From NCBI GenBank assembly GCA_965140445.1, contig OZ223236.1, positions 2,016,001 through 2,080,000 of the forward strand: DNA of 64,000 nt, written 5' to 3'. Shown here piece by piece: positions 47,679 to 56,733 of the stretch. Positions within the stretch are counted from its first letter, which is position 1; the number at the start of each line of letters is the position of its first letter. This DNA comes from Candidatus Ozemobacteraceae bacterium (GTDB lineage Bacteria > Muiribacteriota > Ozemobacteria > Ozemobacterales > Ozemobacteraceae). A model generated the notes under the pieces. That model made no database searches. It saw nothing but the letters and a program-made list of their open reading frames with translations, and was not told the DNA's origin. The translations under genes and the position numbers were made by a program.

Positions 47679-48235
47679 TAGATAAACTCCTGAAACAATT
47701 CTTCTCTAGGGCGTGGAATAACCACAGAGTGAACAACCAGGCCTTTTTCCTTAAGAGATTCAAGACCAGCTTCAACAGCGGCTTCTACTGCGGCGACATC
47801 GCCTGTAAGGGTGTAAAACGCTTTGCCGCCAATTGCCATGGCAATTCTGACTTCACATAAAGTTACGTCTGCAGCTTTTGCAGAAGCGTCTGCGGCAAGG
47901 ATAGTTGACACAATATCAAAGGTTTCAACTACTCCGAGAGCACCGGTTTCTTTTATCTGGTTGGTTGCTGTCATAGCGGGATAAATCTGAGGATCCAGAT
48001 TTGGAATAACCAGATCGTTGACTATGTAGCCTTGACCAATTTGAATTCCCGCATCAATGCTAGCTTCTACTGCAGCAACATCACCCCAGATGAGACATAT
48101 GAATTTACCAGGGCAGACTGTTCTAGATAAAACTAGCTCAACAGAAGCTGTTTTTAACATTGTATCTGTGACCTGGTAACCGATAGAAATGCTTGAAAGC
48201 TCTATCAGGCCAATGGCATTTTTATTAACACTCAT
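47678..48235 (-). CDS. pduT: BMC-T shell protein, PduT-like
   Basis: Tandem BMC domains with the RTVCPGK Fe-S Cys and two GDVAAVEA motifs. Confidence 0.9.
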   Translation of the reverse strand: MSVNKNAIGLIELSSISIGYQVTDTMLKTASVELVLSRTVCPGKFICLIWGDVAAVEASIDAGIQIGQGYIVNDLVIPNLDPQIYPAMTATNQIKETGALGVVETFDIVSTILAADASAKAADVTLCEVRIAMAIGGKAFYTLTGDVAAVEAAVEAGLESLKEKGLVVHSVVIPRPREELFQEFI

Positions 48236-48246
48236 CTTTCAAATCC

Positions 48247-49560
48247 TTATTCTCTTGAAATTGTTATCGCGGTTTCAGAAATTGTCGTGACTTTTCCGCT
48301 GATAGAAGCATGAAGAGAAGCGCTTAGCTTTCCTTCTGGTATAGCGGCTATTAATTGCCCGGCTTTAACAGTTTCCCCAACTCTTACTTGGGGAATTGCA
48401 GGTGCGCCGATATTCATTTTTAATGGCAATGTAACCGATTCGTAGCGTGTGTTGAAAGTTGTTAAGGGGGCTTTTCTGTCAAAATTCAAAAGTCCCAGTT
48501 TTTTCAGAAGCCTTTCAATGCTAACTCTTCGATGGGAGCGCATTGGGTGTATTGTTGGCTGTCCAGGAAACTCTCCGGCTTTTACTCCATTACCAAGGTG
48601 AAATTTCTTTGATTTAATACACATTTCCCTTGGTGGAAGATCTTCCGGGCATGAAAACAATGAGCAAAGACCGCATTCGCTGCAAAAAATTGAATCTACA
48701 GCAAAATTGCTTGTTTCATAAGGTGCGAATTGCGCTGTTCTCATTGCCTTGTGTGGTCTTATTGGATATCCAAGTAGAGCTCTTGGGCACAACTCAGAAC
48801 AATCAGTACACTGATCGCAGGCAGAGCGCGATATTTTAGAATTTTCCCTTTCCGTGCGAAGCATTTTTCTGATTAGTACATGATCTGTTGGCAGGGCAAT
48901 TAAGCCGCCACAGGTTTTGCTCACTATTTCCTGCTCCGGGTTGGAAAGGATTTTTCCCATCATTGGTCCGCCATCAATAACAGTTAGACCATCGAGGGAT
49001 TTTAAGCCAGAAAGTTCAAACGCTTCCATAACTGAAATTCCAATTGGAACTTCAACTGTTACAGGGTTAGGAACCTGACCAGTAATAGTCAGAAATTTAG
49101 TTATAACTGGTTTATTTCTGCCAAGATTAAGGAGAGTTTCAACATTGGCAACAACGCAACCAATGTTTAGTGGAATGCCACCATGAGGGATCAGCCTTCC
49201 AGTCGCTTCATAGACCAATTCATACTCGTCTCCGGCTGGGTAAAAATCACCAAGTTGGAGAATCTTTATGCGCGAGTCTGGATTAGAAGCTTCCATGTGC
49301 TTGATTAATTTGGCATACTTGGCTTTGATTCCTATGTGAGCCGTTTTTGCACCAGTAATGTTTAAGGCGTCAACCAGTCCCTTGTAGAACTCTTGAGTGT
49401 GCTTGAGCATGATCTCTTTATCTTTGTGAAGAAGAGGCTCACATTCTGCGGCATTAACAATAAAGTCTTCTACATTTTTGGCAGCAAGTTTTACATGAGT
49501 TGGAAATCCTGCTCCACCACAGCCTACTAGGCCGAGTTCTGATAGGTTTCTATTTGGCAT
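48247..49560 (-). CDS. pduS: PduS/RnfC-like Fe-S flavoprotein
   Basis: GCGGAGFPTHVK, NAAECEPLL, GGPMMG, two CxxCxxCxxxCP-type motifs, SLHASISG. Confidence 0.9.
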   Translation of the reverse strand: MPNRNLSELGLVGCGGAGFPTHVKLAAKNVEDFIVNAAECEPLLHKDKEIMLKHTQEFYKGLVDALNITGAKTAHIGIKAKYAKLIKHMEASNPDSRIKILQLGDFYPAGDEYELVYEATGRLIPHGGIPLNIGCVVANVETLLNLGRNKPVITKFLTITGQVPNPVTVEVPIGISVMEAFELSGLKSLDGLTVIDGGPMMGKILSNPEQEIVSKTCGGLIALPTDHVLIRKMLRTERENSKISRSACDQCTDCSELCPRALLGYPIRPHKAMRTAQFAPYETSNFAVDSIFCSECGLCSLFSCPEDLPPREMCIKSKKFHLGNGVKAGEFPGQPTIHPMRSHRRVSIERLLKKLGLLNFDRKAPLTTFNTRYESVTLPLKMNIGAPAIPQVRVGETVKAGQLIAAIPEGKLSASLHASISGKVTTISETAITISRE

Positions 49561-49590
49561 AACTAAATTCCAGTTTTACTTAAATTAAAA

Positions 49591-49656
49591 AGCTGTATTA
49601 ACCCGAAGCCGATTCATTCTGAAAGTCAGAAAATCAACTTCAAAGTCAATACAGCT
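49591..49656 (-). promoter_or_regulatory. Long intra-operon mRNA hairpin
   Basis: ~30-bp stem completed by G-U pairs only on the minus strand, followed by a U tract. Confidence 0.6.
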
Positions 49657-49662
49657 CTTTTA

Positions 49663-51072
49663 TCAGACTATTCTGAATGAATCTACAATAACACACCTGC
49701 GTTGGCGGGTGAATGATCTTGCAGTAGTAATCCCTTCTCCGGTAGGAGAAGCAATTGTCATTGTTGTGCAACCTTCACCGCCAAGTCCCAGTCCAGCATA
49801 GCTGGGGCCATTTTTAACGAAAATGCTACAATCGCATTTTCTAGCCATCATATGGAGATTGTCGATGTTTTTGCTGTGCATTACTGCAGTATGGCGGTTT
49901 CCGTGTTCCACTTTTACTGCAAGCTCTACTGCTGTGTGAACGTCCCTAACTCTCACTAGTGGAATTACCGGCATTAGCAGCTCTTCAACAACAAATGGGT
50001 GATCGGCTGCTACTTCACAAAGCACTATTCTTACATCATCTGGAACTCTTACGCCTATTTGCTCAAGAATAACTGAAGCATTTTTACCGACTAGACCACG
50101 ATTGGGCGCACCTGTTTTAGAATCTATACAGATTTTTTCCAGTTGAGCTATTTCTCGTGGAGAAGCTTCGTAAGCACCGCTATTTTTGAGGTTCTTTTTG
50201 AGCTCGTCAGCTACTGATTCAACAACAATGATTTCTTTTTCAGCAATACAAAGAACATTATTATCAAGACTTGCGCCTGAAACTATGTCCCTTGCTGCTT
50301 TTTTTAAATCAGCTGTTTCATCAACAACTACCGGCGGATTACCTGGGCCAGCTGCAACATATTTTTTTCTAGACTTAGAAGCTGCTGCAACAACACCTGG
50401 ACCACCAGTTACACATAGTAAACGAATTCCGGGATGGGTCATCATTTTCTGAGCGTTTTCTATACTGGCATCTGCTACTGAAGTAAGGATATTGCGAGGC
50501 CCACCGGCTTCAATAATAGCCTCATTCAGCAAAGACATAGTATAGTGACTGCACTTGGTGGCGGAAGGGTGGGGGGCAAAAACAACACCATTACCAGCTG
50601 CAAGCATGCTAATCGAGTTATTGATAACAGTTGCAGTAGGATTTGTAGAAGGTGTGATTGCACCTATAATCCCATATGGAGCCCTCTCAACGAGAGTCAA
50701 TCCACCATCACCAGAATATGAGTCCGGCTGAAGATCTTCAAGACCGGGGGTTTTTTCAATGACAAGCTTGTTTTTTTGCAGCTTATCTTCAAATCGCCCG
50801 TAACCAGTTTCCTGGTTCGCAAATCTTGCAATATCCTCAACCTTTTCCATAGCCCTTTTTCGCATATTTGTGATAATTGCGGCTCTGGTTTTTACAGGGA
50901 GTTCAACAAGCTGCTTCTGAGCAGCAGTTGCAGCAGCAACAGCTTCATCTACAGAGTTGAAAATCCCAATGCCCTGACTCGCTGAAGGTTTATTGGCAAT
51001 CGACTGTGATGGGCCGATTTTCTTTAAAACTTCCTGTACGATCAGGTTTATTTCTTCCCTGGAAACACTCAT
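49663..51072 (-). CDS. CoA-acylating aldehyde dehydrogenase (EutE/PduP family) with N-terminal encapsulation peptide
   Basis: TPSTNPT, TGGPGVV, AGPGNPP, DNNVLCIAEKE; amphipathic REEINLIVQEVLKKI at the N-terminus. Confidence 0.93.
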   Translation of the reverse strand: MSVSREEINLIVQEVLKKIGPSQSIANKPSASQGIGIFNSVDEAVAAATAAQKQLVELPVKTRAAIITNMRKRAMEKVEDIARFANQETGYGRFEDKLQKNKLVIEKTPGLEDLQPDSYSGDGGLTLVERAPYGIIGAITPSTNPTATVINNSISMLAAGNGVVFAPHPSATKCSHYTMSLLNEAIIEAGGPRNILTSVADASIENAQKMMTHPGIRLLCVTGGPGVVAAASKSRKKYVAAGPGNPPVVVDETADLKKAARDIVSGASLDNNVLCIAEKEIIVVESVADELKKNLKNSGAYEASPREIAQLEKICIDSKTGAPNRGLVGKNASVILEQIGVRVPDDVRIVLCEVAADHPFVVEELLMPVIPLVRVRDVHTAVELAVKVEHGNRHTAVMHSKNIDNLHMMARKCDCSIFVKNGPSYAGLGLGGEGCTTMTIASPTGEGITTARSFTRQRRCVIVDSFRIV

Positions 51073-51100
51073 TATGTAACTCCAATCAGGTTAAACGGGC

Positions 51101-51385
51101 CTATTGGTTTCTGTCTGCATCAAAAACAACGCTGTCTACAATTGCACACACCGCTGCATCAACAGGTTTCTTGAGAGTTGCTTCAGTTAACCTGGCAGAA
51201 CTTCCAGAAACTACCAATACCTTTTCAGAGGCCCCTGCTCCAACCGCGTCAACAGCGACGACAAACTTGTTGGTGGGCTTCTGTTCGTGAAGCGTTAGCT
51301 CCTCAACAATAAGCAGCTTCATGCCAACAAGACTCTCATCTTTTCTGGTACAAACTACTGTACCGCACACGCGGCCTAGAATCAT
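51101..51385 (-). CDS. BMC-P pentamer (EutN/CcmL family)
   Basis: MILGRVCGTVV, VAVDAVGAG, GSSAR, PVDAAVCAIVD. Confidence 0.94.
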   Translation of the reverse strand: MILGRVCGTVVCTRKDESLVGMKLLIVEELTLHEQKPTNKFVVAVDAVGAGASEKVLVVSGSSARLTEATLKKPVDAAVCAIVDSVVFDADRNQ

Positions 51386-51407
51386 GATTTAATACCTTCC
51401 TGAAAAA

Positions 51408-51701
51408 TTACTTTTTTGATCCAGTTGCAGCTCTGATTGGGAGAACATCTTCAAGGTTTGAATGTGGACGTGGAATTACATGAACACATACAAGCTCACC
51501 GATTTTTTTGGCAGCAGCAGCGCCAGCATCAGTAGCGGCTTTTACAGCAGCAACATCGCCTCTTACGAAAGCAGTACAGTAACCAGAACCGATTTTTTCC
51601 CAGCCAACCAATACTACGTTAGCAGCTTTTACCATTGCGTCACTTGCTTCGATGAGAGAAGTTAATCCACGTGTTTCAATCATACCTAAGGCTTCTTGCA
51701 T
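51408..51701 (-). CDS. BMC-H hexamer shell protein (EutM/PduA-like)
   Basis: [34 protein letters not shown]. Confidence 0.96.
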   Translation of the reverse strand: MQEALGMIETRGLTSLIEASDAMVKAANVVLVGWEKIGSGYCTAFVRGDVAAVKAATDAGAAAAKKIGELVCVHVIPRPHSNLEDVLPIRAATGSKK

Positions 51702-51748
51702 GACAAACCTCCATTTTATTGTGTGTCAAATTAGATATTAGTTTGATT

Positions 51749-52393
51749 TTATCCAACTATTTCAACTGTGTCGCCATTTTTTATGCCGGCACAGTTTGCT
51801 TCATCAGTATCGATATGGAAATCGAGTGCGAACTTATTGCTTACCCTTACCAGTACATTGTTAAAGGTAACTGACTTTGAACCTGAAGTGCTAACAGATA
51901 CGCGATCTTTATCTTTCAGGCCAAAGTTTTCAGCGTCTTTATCACTCATGTGAATATGGCGGGCGGCTACAATAACACCTTTGTCAAGTATTACAGAACC
52001 TTTTGGGCCTACCAAAACGCATCCTGGTGTTCCTTCAATGTCTCCAGAATCTTTAACAACTGGTTTAACACCAATTTTAAAAGAATCGGTAGTAGAAATT
52101 TCAACCTGGGTTTCTGGTCGAACAGGGCCTAAAATTCTTACTTTATCAAGGTTCCCTTTGCGTCCGACAACCATTACACATTCTTCAGCTGCATACTGTC
52201 CAGGTTGTGAAAGGTCTTTCATTATTTTTAACTGATAACCTTTTCCAAACAAGGTTTCCAAATCTTCTTGTTTTATGTGAAGGTGGCGATTGCTTACGCC
52301 GCAGGATACAGAACCGGATTTTAGCCTATCCTGCAGATTAATATGCTTTAATACTTCAGCTACAATTGTTTTAACTTGCTTTTCATCAATCAT
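51749..52393 (-). CDS. pduL: PduL-type phosphotransacylase with encapsulation peptide
   Basis: VSNRHLH, LSQPGQYA, ARHIHM, HIDTDEAN; N-terminal EKQVKTIVAEVLKHI. Confidence 0.94.
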   Translation of the reverse strand: MIDEKQVKTIVAEVLKHINLQDRLKSGSVSCGVSNRHLHIKQEDLETLFGKGYQLKIMKDLSQPGQYAAEECVMVVGRKGNLDKVRILGPVRPETQVEISTTDSFKIGVKPVVKDSGDIEGTPGCVLVGPKGSVILDKGVIVAARHIHMSDKDAENFGLKDKDRVSVSTSGSKSVTFNNVLVRVSNKFALDFHIDTDEANCAGIKNGDTVEIVG

Positions 52394-53472
52394 TTTCTGT
52401 TTCCTTCCTTTGTCAGCATTCGCTGTAAAAGATGCTTTTCAATTATTACTGCACAGTTGTCAGGAAGAGAGCCCTTATCGAATTCTCGTGATCCCAATAC
52501 AGGAATAACTTCATTTGCTAATTTATTTTCAGAGGCAATTATACCATACCCTGAAGACTGCGCAAGGGGAAAAGTTGAAAAAAGCATAAAGGATTTTTTC
52601 TTTGCTGCTTCAAGCAATTTTTCCAGATTTTTTTGGGTTGTATAGGGAGCAACTGGTGGGATCAAAGCCCCAGCACAATTTTGGTCAATCAACATTCCCA
52701 GAGATGTTTCACCGGTAAAGGCTCCTTTGCTCTCCCATGAGATAGTAGGGGAAACTACTCTGTTTGATAACGAAGGAAACAAATCTTTAAACACTGGAAT
52801 CAAAGGTGTGTTAACAATAAAAAACAGATTTTTTATTCCAGAGCCGAAATCAAACAATTCGGATTGTTGTTTTTTTAAAGCTGTAATAGATTGGGCTTGA
52901 ACATAATAGAGAAAATGTTTCTCTTCTGTGCCTTGAATCATACAGAGTGAGTCCGCGACTTCTTTTGCCCACATTGTAAGCGGTCTATTGCCTGGAATTC
53001 TTCTGATCCCCTTTTGATAGAGCTCTCTGACTTCATCGGCTGTAAAAGGCGATAGGTCCTTTGCGGAGGCCTGATGGGGGTCTTCTCCCTGATATGAAAA
53101 CCTGAATGAGCCCACTAATTTTTTTAAATCTGACGGGAGAACATATTCTATGCCTAAAGCTTTCATGTCCTGAGTTGGAGCAGAAACTCTATCTACAATC
53201 ATGTAAATTGGCAGGCTTGATTTTGCTGAAAAAATCGACCACAGAGACTCTGTTATCCCGTCGTCACAAATACCAAGAGCTACCTTTTTGAGGCTTGGAA
53301 CCAAACTGTGAGAATCAATTGCAATTGCAGAAAATCGGTTTAATCCCGTATATTTAAGGGTCTCACAGCTGATTGCGACAAAATCATCTAGTGAAAGATT
53401 GTATGGCGCAATAGAAAAACGTTCCTGATCATTACGATCATCTGAAATTATCAACACCGGGGCTTTGCTCAT
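52390..53472 (-). CDS. BMC-associated protein: flavoprotein-like N-half plus degenerate triosephosphate-isomerase-like C-half
   Basis: KVALGICD, FTADEVR...LTMWAKEVA and GAFTGETSLGMLID without the following GHSERR; first gene of the BMC operon, overlapping the pduL start. Confidence 0.55.
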   Translation of the reverse strand: MSKAPVLIISDDRNDQERFSIAPYNLSLDDFVAISCETLKYTGLNRFSAIAIDSHSLVPSLKKVALGICDDGITESLWSIFSAKSSLPIYMIVDRVSAPTQDMKALGIEYVLPSDLKKLVGSFRFSYQGEDPHQASAKDLSPFTADEVRELYQKGIRRIPGNRPLTMWAKEVADSLCMIQGTEEKHFLYYVQAQSITALKKQQSELFDFGSGIKNLFFIVNTPLIPVFKDLFPSLSNRVVSPTISWESKGAFTGETSLGMLIDQNCAGALIPPVAPYTTQKNLEKLLEAAKKKSFMLFSTFPLAQSSGYGIIASENKLANEVIPVLGSREFDKGSLPDNCAVIIEKHLLQRMLTKEGNRK

Positions 53473-53481
53473 AGTTTTTTT

Positions 53482-53510
53482 ATAATAGCCAGCAACATAA
53501 AATAAAGCAA
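53482..53510 (-). promoter_or_regulatory. sigma70-type promoter of the BMC operon
   Basis: TTGCTT-17 nt-TATTAT, 9 nt before the ATG at 53472. Confidence 0.55.
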
Positions 53511-53523
53511 CAAAATTTGTAAT

Positions 53524-53547
53524 AAAAAAACCGCCAACTGGCGGTTT
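53524..53547 (-). terminator. Terminator downstream of 6S RNA
   Basis: AAACCGCC-AGTT-GGCGGTTTTTTT on the minus strand. Confidence 0.78.
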
Positions 53548-53554
53548 AATTAAG

Positions 53555-53752
53555 AGCCCCGCGAATGCCGTGTTAAGAAGACAATTGAACCCACTGAAAC
53601 AGTACGGTTGTCCGCCTGTTTAGGCAACGAGGACTTCGTAACAAGATAAATCTTGTTCGTAAGCGGTTCTCGAAGTTAAACAGAGACAGATTCCCTTTCA
53701 GACACAGGTGTCGGCTCAATTTAACCTGCACCATCACAAACACCGCAGGGAC
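53555..53752 (-). ncRNA. ssrS: 6S RNA
   Basis: ~198 nt; 5' CCCTGCGGTGT pairs with 3' GGCATTCGCGGGG; conserved TGAGCCGA and GGGTTCAA flank a central bubble; terminator downstream. Confidence 0.85.
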
Positions 53753-53865
53753 AAACTTTTCTAATACCTTACACTTCAAAAATATCAAACCAGATAGCTT
53801 TTGGCAAGAGAATAATGCAAAAAAATAATAAAAAAGATTTATGCTGAAAATATGATCGGAAGGGG

Positions 53866-53894
53866 TTGTCAAAAGAATGGAAAAACTGTAAAAT
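53866..53894 (+). promoter_or_regulatory. sigma70-type promoter
   Basis: TTGTCA-17 nt-TAAAAT upstream of 53931. Confidence 0.65.
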
Positions 53895-53930
53895 GTTAGG
53901 GCAGTGTACCACAAGAAGGGAATATTTAGT

Positions 53931-54557
53931 ATGAAACGTAGTCACAAATTTTGGGCGATTTTATTTATTGCGCTTTTGCCAGTTATTGGAACATCTGTTT
54001 TTGCTTCAACCGAAAAATTTGACAAGGCTCACAAAGAGTCTTTCAAACTTGATAAAGATACAGTTTTCAAGAAAATTTTATTTTGTTGTGGTCTCATTAA
54101 TGCGGCCTATCTTGGTATAAATGATCAGGTTGCTGCTCTTCAGCTTGCTAAAAAAAATTCAAACCCTGGAGCTTTGTCTGCTCAATTGTTAGCAGTGCAG
54201 ATTGGGTTGGTTGAGAAACCTTTTTTGATTCGTTTTATTGCTCATGAGATTGAGCTTTGTCAAAACTATCCTAATTTTCCTCTTGGATTTAATGATTCTC
54301 CTGAAGGTCCGGAAAAGATGAGTGCAGAGTTTTATAAAATTGCAGACCATATAGAGAATATGAAAATAAAGTTTGAATCTAACGACATTAAAGCCCTGAG
54401 AAAAGAGTCTGAAAGAGTAGTTTTTGAGCTTTTCTGGACAGATAGCGAAAAAATGCGCACTTTATGCAGCGACATGCTTAATTTTATTAGAAAAGAACTT
54501 AAGGAAGATCTTCCTTTTGATGTTTTTTCTAAACAAAACAAACCAAAAGTAAATTAA
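53931..54557 (+). CDS. Exported hypothetical protein
   Basis: Signal peptide ending VFA; likely start ATG 53931. Confidence 0.7.
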   Translation: MKRSHKFWAILFIALLPVIGTSVFASTEKFDKAHKESFKLDKDTVFKKILFCCGLINAAYLGINDQVAALQLAKKNSNPGALSAQLLAVQIGLVEKPFLIRFIAHEIELCQNYPNFPLGFNDSPEGPEKMSAEFYKIADHIENMKIKFESNDIKALRKESERVVFELFWTDSEKMRTLCSDMLNFIRKELKEDLPFDVFSKQNKPKVN

Positions 54558-56666
54558 TTATTTTTTTCTATTCTTATTGCGGCTATCAAAAGCCTTTTTA
54601 ATATTTGAACCCCTAAGGGCATGCTTCTTGGCAAGCCCTTTTTCTTTTCCTGTTTTTAGAGCTTTACCCAGTCTTTCTAATACGCCTAGTTCCAGGTTTT
54701 CTTCTTGCAGGGCAATGATTTCGTCACGAATCATGGCAGCCTTTTCAAATTCCATGGCTGTAGCTGCAGTTTCCATTTCTTTTTTCAGGCTGGTAATAAG
54801 TTCAAGCAACTTTTCCTTGTCAATGTTGGGTGTTTTCTTTCCATCAGTTGATTCGCCCGGGAGAAATAATTCTGGCAGTTGTTTTCGAATAGTGCTCGGA
54901 ACGATGCCGTGCTTTTTGTTATAAGCTTCCTGAATGGCCCTGCGTCTCTTTGTTTCATCAATGCAATACTGCATTGAAGCTGTAATTTTATCAGCATAAA
55001 GGATAACTCGCCCGTTCGCGTTACGAGCAGCACGCCCACATGTTTGCATTAAAGACCATGCAGAACGAAGAAAGCCTTCTTTATCCGCGTCTAAAATTGT
55101 CACGAGCGAGACTTCAGGAAGATCTAACCCTTCACGAAGCAGGTTGATACCAACAAGAACCTTAAATACGCCTAGCCTCAGATCACGTAAAATCTCAATT
55201 CTTTCTAATGTGTCGATTTCATCATGAAGATACCGAGATGGAATATTCAATTCAGTTAGATAAGCTGAAAGTTCCTGAGACATTTTTTTTGTAAGAGTTG
55301 TTACCAGAACCCTTTCATCTTTTTTTATCGTTTCATTGATTTGGCTGATAAGGTGATCAATTTGTCCCTCAGTTTTGACAACTGAAATTTCAGGATCCAA
55401 AAGCCCTGTTGGTCTGATAAGTTGCTCTGCAATATTCTCTTTAGATTCTTCAATTTCAAATTTTCCTGGGGTGGCAGAAACAAATAATAAAGGCCTGTTG
55501 CGGGCTAAAAATTCCTCAAACGTTAGACATCTGTTGTCTAATGCTGACGGTAATCTGAACCCGAAGTCTATAAGGGTTTGCTTTCTGCTTCTGTCGCCGC
55601 GGTACATCCCTTTTAGCTGTGGAACTGTCATGTGGGATTCGTCTAATATAATGAGACAATCTTTGGGAAGGTAGTCAACGAGTGTATCAGGCGGTTCGCC
55701 AGGTTTTCTGCCCGCGATTAGTCGGGAGTAGTTTTCGATTCCTTTGCAGAATCCGGTTTCTCTCATCATTTCGATATCATAGCGACACCGTTCGTAAATT
55801 CTTTGTGCTTCAATAAGCTTTTTATTTTCTTCAAAGAATTTTACCTGTTCTTTCATTTCTTCTTCTATGGCAACAAGCGCTTTTTCTTTTTTCTCGGTTG
55901 TGGTTACAAAGTGCTGCGCAGGAAAGATCTCAACGGAATTTAGCTTTTGAATTACTTCACCGGTTAAAGGGTCGAATTTTTCAATTTTTTCTATTTCGTC
56001 ACCAAAAAATTTTACTCTTATGGCTTCTTCACTGGAAGCTGGAAAAATATCCAGGGTCTCGCCTCTTGCTCTAAATCTGGATCTGTCAAAGTCCATGTCG
56101 TTTCTGGAATACTGAATGTGAATGAGGTCTCTGATAACTTTTTGCCGGGAAATGTTTTGGTTAACCGATAATCCTATTCTTAGTTCTGAATAATCTGAGG
56201 GGGAACCAAGACCAAAGATGCAGCTTACTGATGCTACTACTATTACGTCCCTTCTTGAAAAAAGAGAAGTTGTTGCTGAGTGCCTGAATCTGTCTATCTG
56301 CTCGTTAATCGATGAATCCTTTTCTATATAGCTATCAGTGGAGGGAATATATGCCTCTGGTTGAAAATAATCATAATAACTTACAAAATACTCCACTGAA
56401 TTTTGCGGGAAGAATTCTTTAAACTCTGTATATAACTGAGCTGCCAGGGTTTTGTTATGGGTTATTACTAAAACAGGCCTTTGAATCTCCTGAATAATAT
56501 TGGCCATGGAAAAAGTTTTCCCTGAGCCGGTAACTCCCAGAAGGGTCATTCTATCTGAACCTTCTTTTAACCAGGTCGAAAGTTTTCTAACTGCTTCTGG
56601 CTGGTCGCCTCTTAGTTGAAATGGACTATTTAAGTTGAATGGATTGACAGATTTCTGTGGTTTCAT
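54558..56666 (-). CDS. uvrB: Excinuclease ABC subunit B
   Basis: GVTGSGKT, YFVSYYDYFQPEAY, DESH, GRAARN and a C-terminal UVR motif. Confidence 0.99.
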   Translation of the reverse strand: MKPQKSVNPFNLNSPFQLRGDQPEAVRKLSTWLKEGSDRMTLLGVTGSGKTFSMANIIQEIQRPVLVITHNKTLAAQLYTEFKEFFPQNSVEYFVSYYDYFQPEAYIPSTDSYIEKDSSINEQIDRFRHSATTSLFSRRDVIVVASVSCIFGLGSPSDYSELRIGLSVNQNISRQKVIRDLIHIQYSRNDMDFDRSRFRARGETLDIFPASSEEAIRVKFFGDEIEKIEKFDPLTGEVIQKLNSVEIFPAQHFVTTTEKKEKALVAIEEEMKEQVKFFEENKKLIEAQRIYERCRYDIEMMRETGFCKGIENYSRLIAGRKPGEPPDTLVDYLPKDCLIILDESHMTVPQLKGMYRGDRSRKQTLIDFGFRLPSALDNRCLTFEEFLARNRPLLFVSATPGKFEIEESKENIAEQLIRPTGLLDPEISVVKTEGQIDHLISQINETIKKDERVLVTTLTKKMSQELSAYLTELNIPSRYLHDEIDTLERIEILRDLRLGVFKVLVGINLLREGLDLPEVSLVTILDADKEGFLRSAWSLMQTCGRAARNANGRVILYADKITASMQYCIDETKRRRAIQEAYNKKHGIVPSTIRKQLPELFLPGESTDGKKTPNIDKEKLLELITSLKKEMETAATAMEFEKAAMIRDEIIALQEENLELGVLERLGKALKTGKEKGLAKKHALRGSNIKKAFDSRNKNRKK

Positions 56667-56733
56667 AAAATGAAGTATAATATAAAATGTAAGTCAGCAA
56701 AATGCTTTTCAATTAAATCGAAGGTGAAGAAAA

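Noticed and set aside
46068..53472. Pdu, Eut or glycyl-radical microcompartment
   Set aside because: No diol dehydratase, ethanolamine ammonia-lyase or glycyl-radical enzyme in the locus.
53573..53914. 113-aa minus-strand ORF
   Set aside because: It overlies the 6S RNA and promoters and has no protein-like features.
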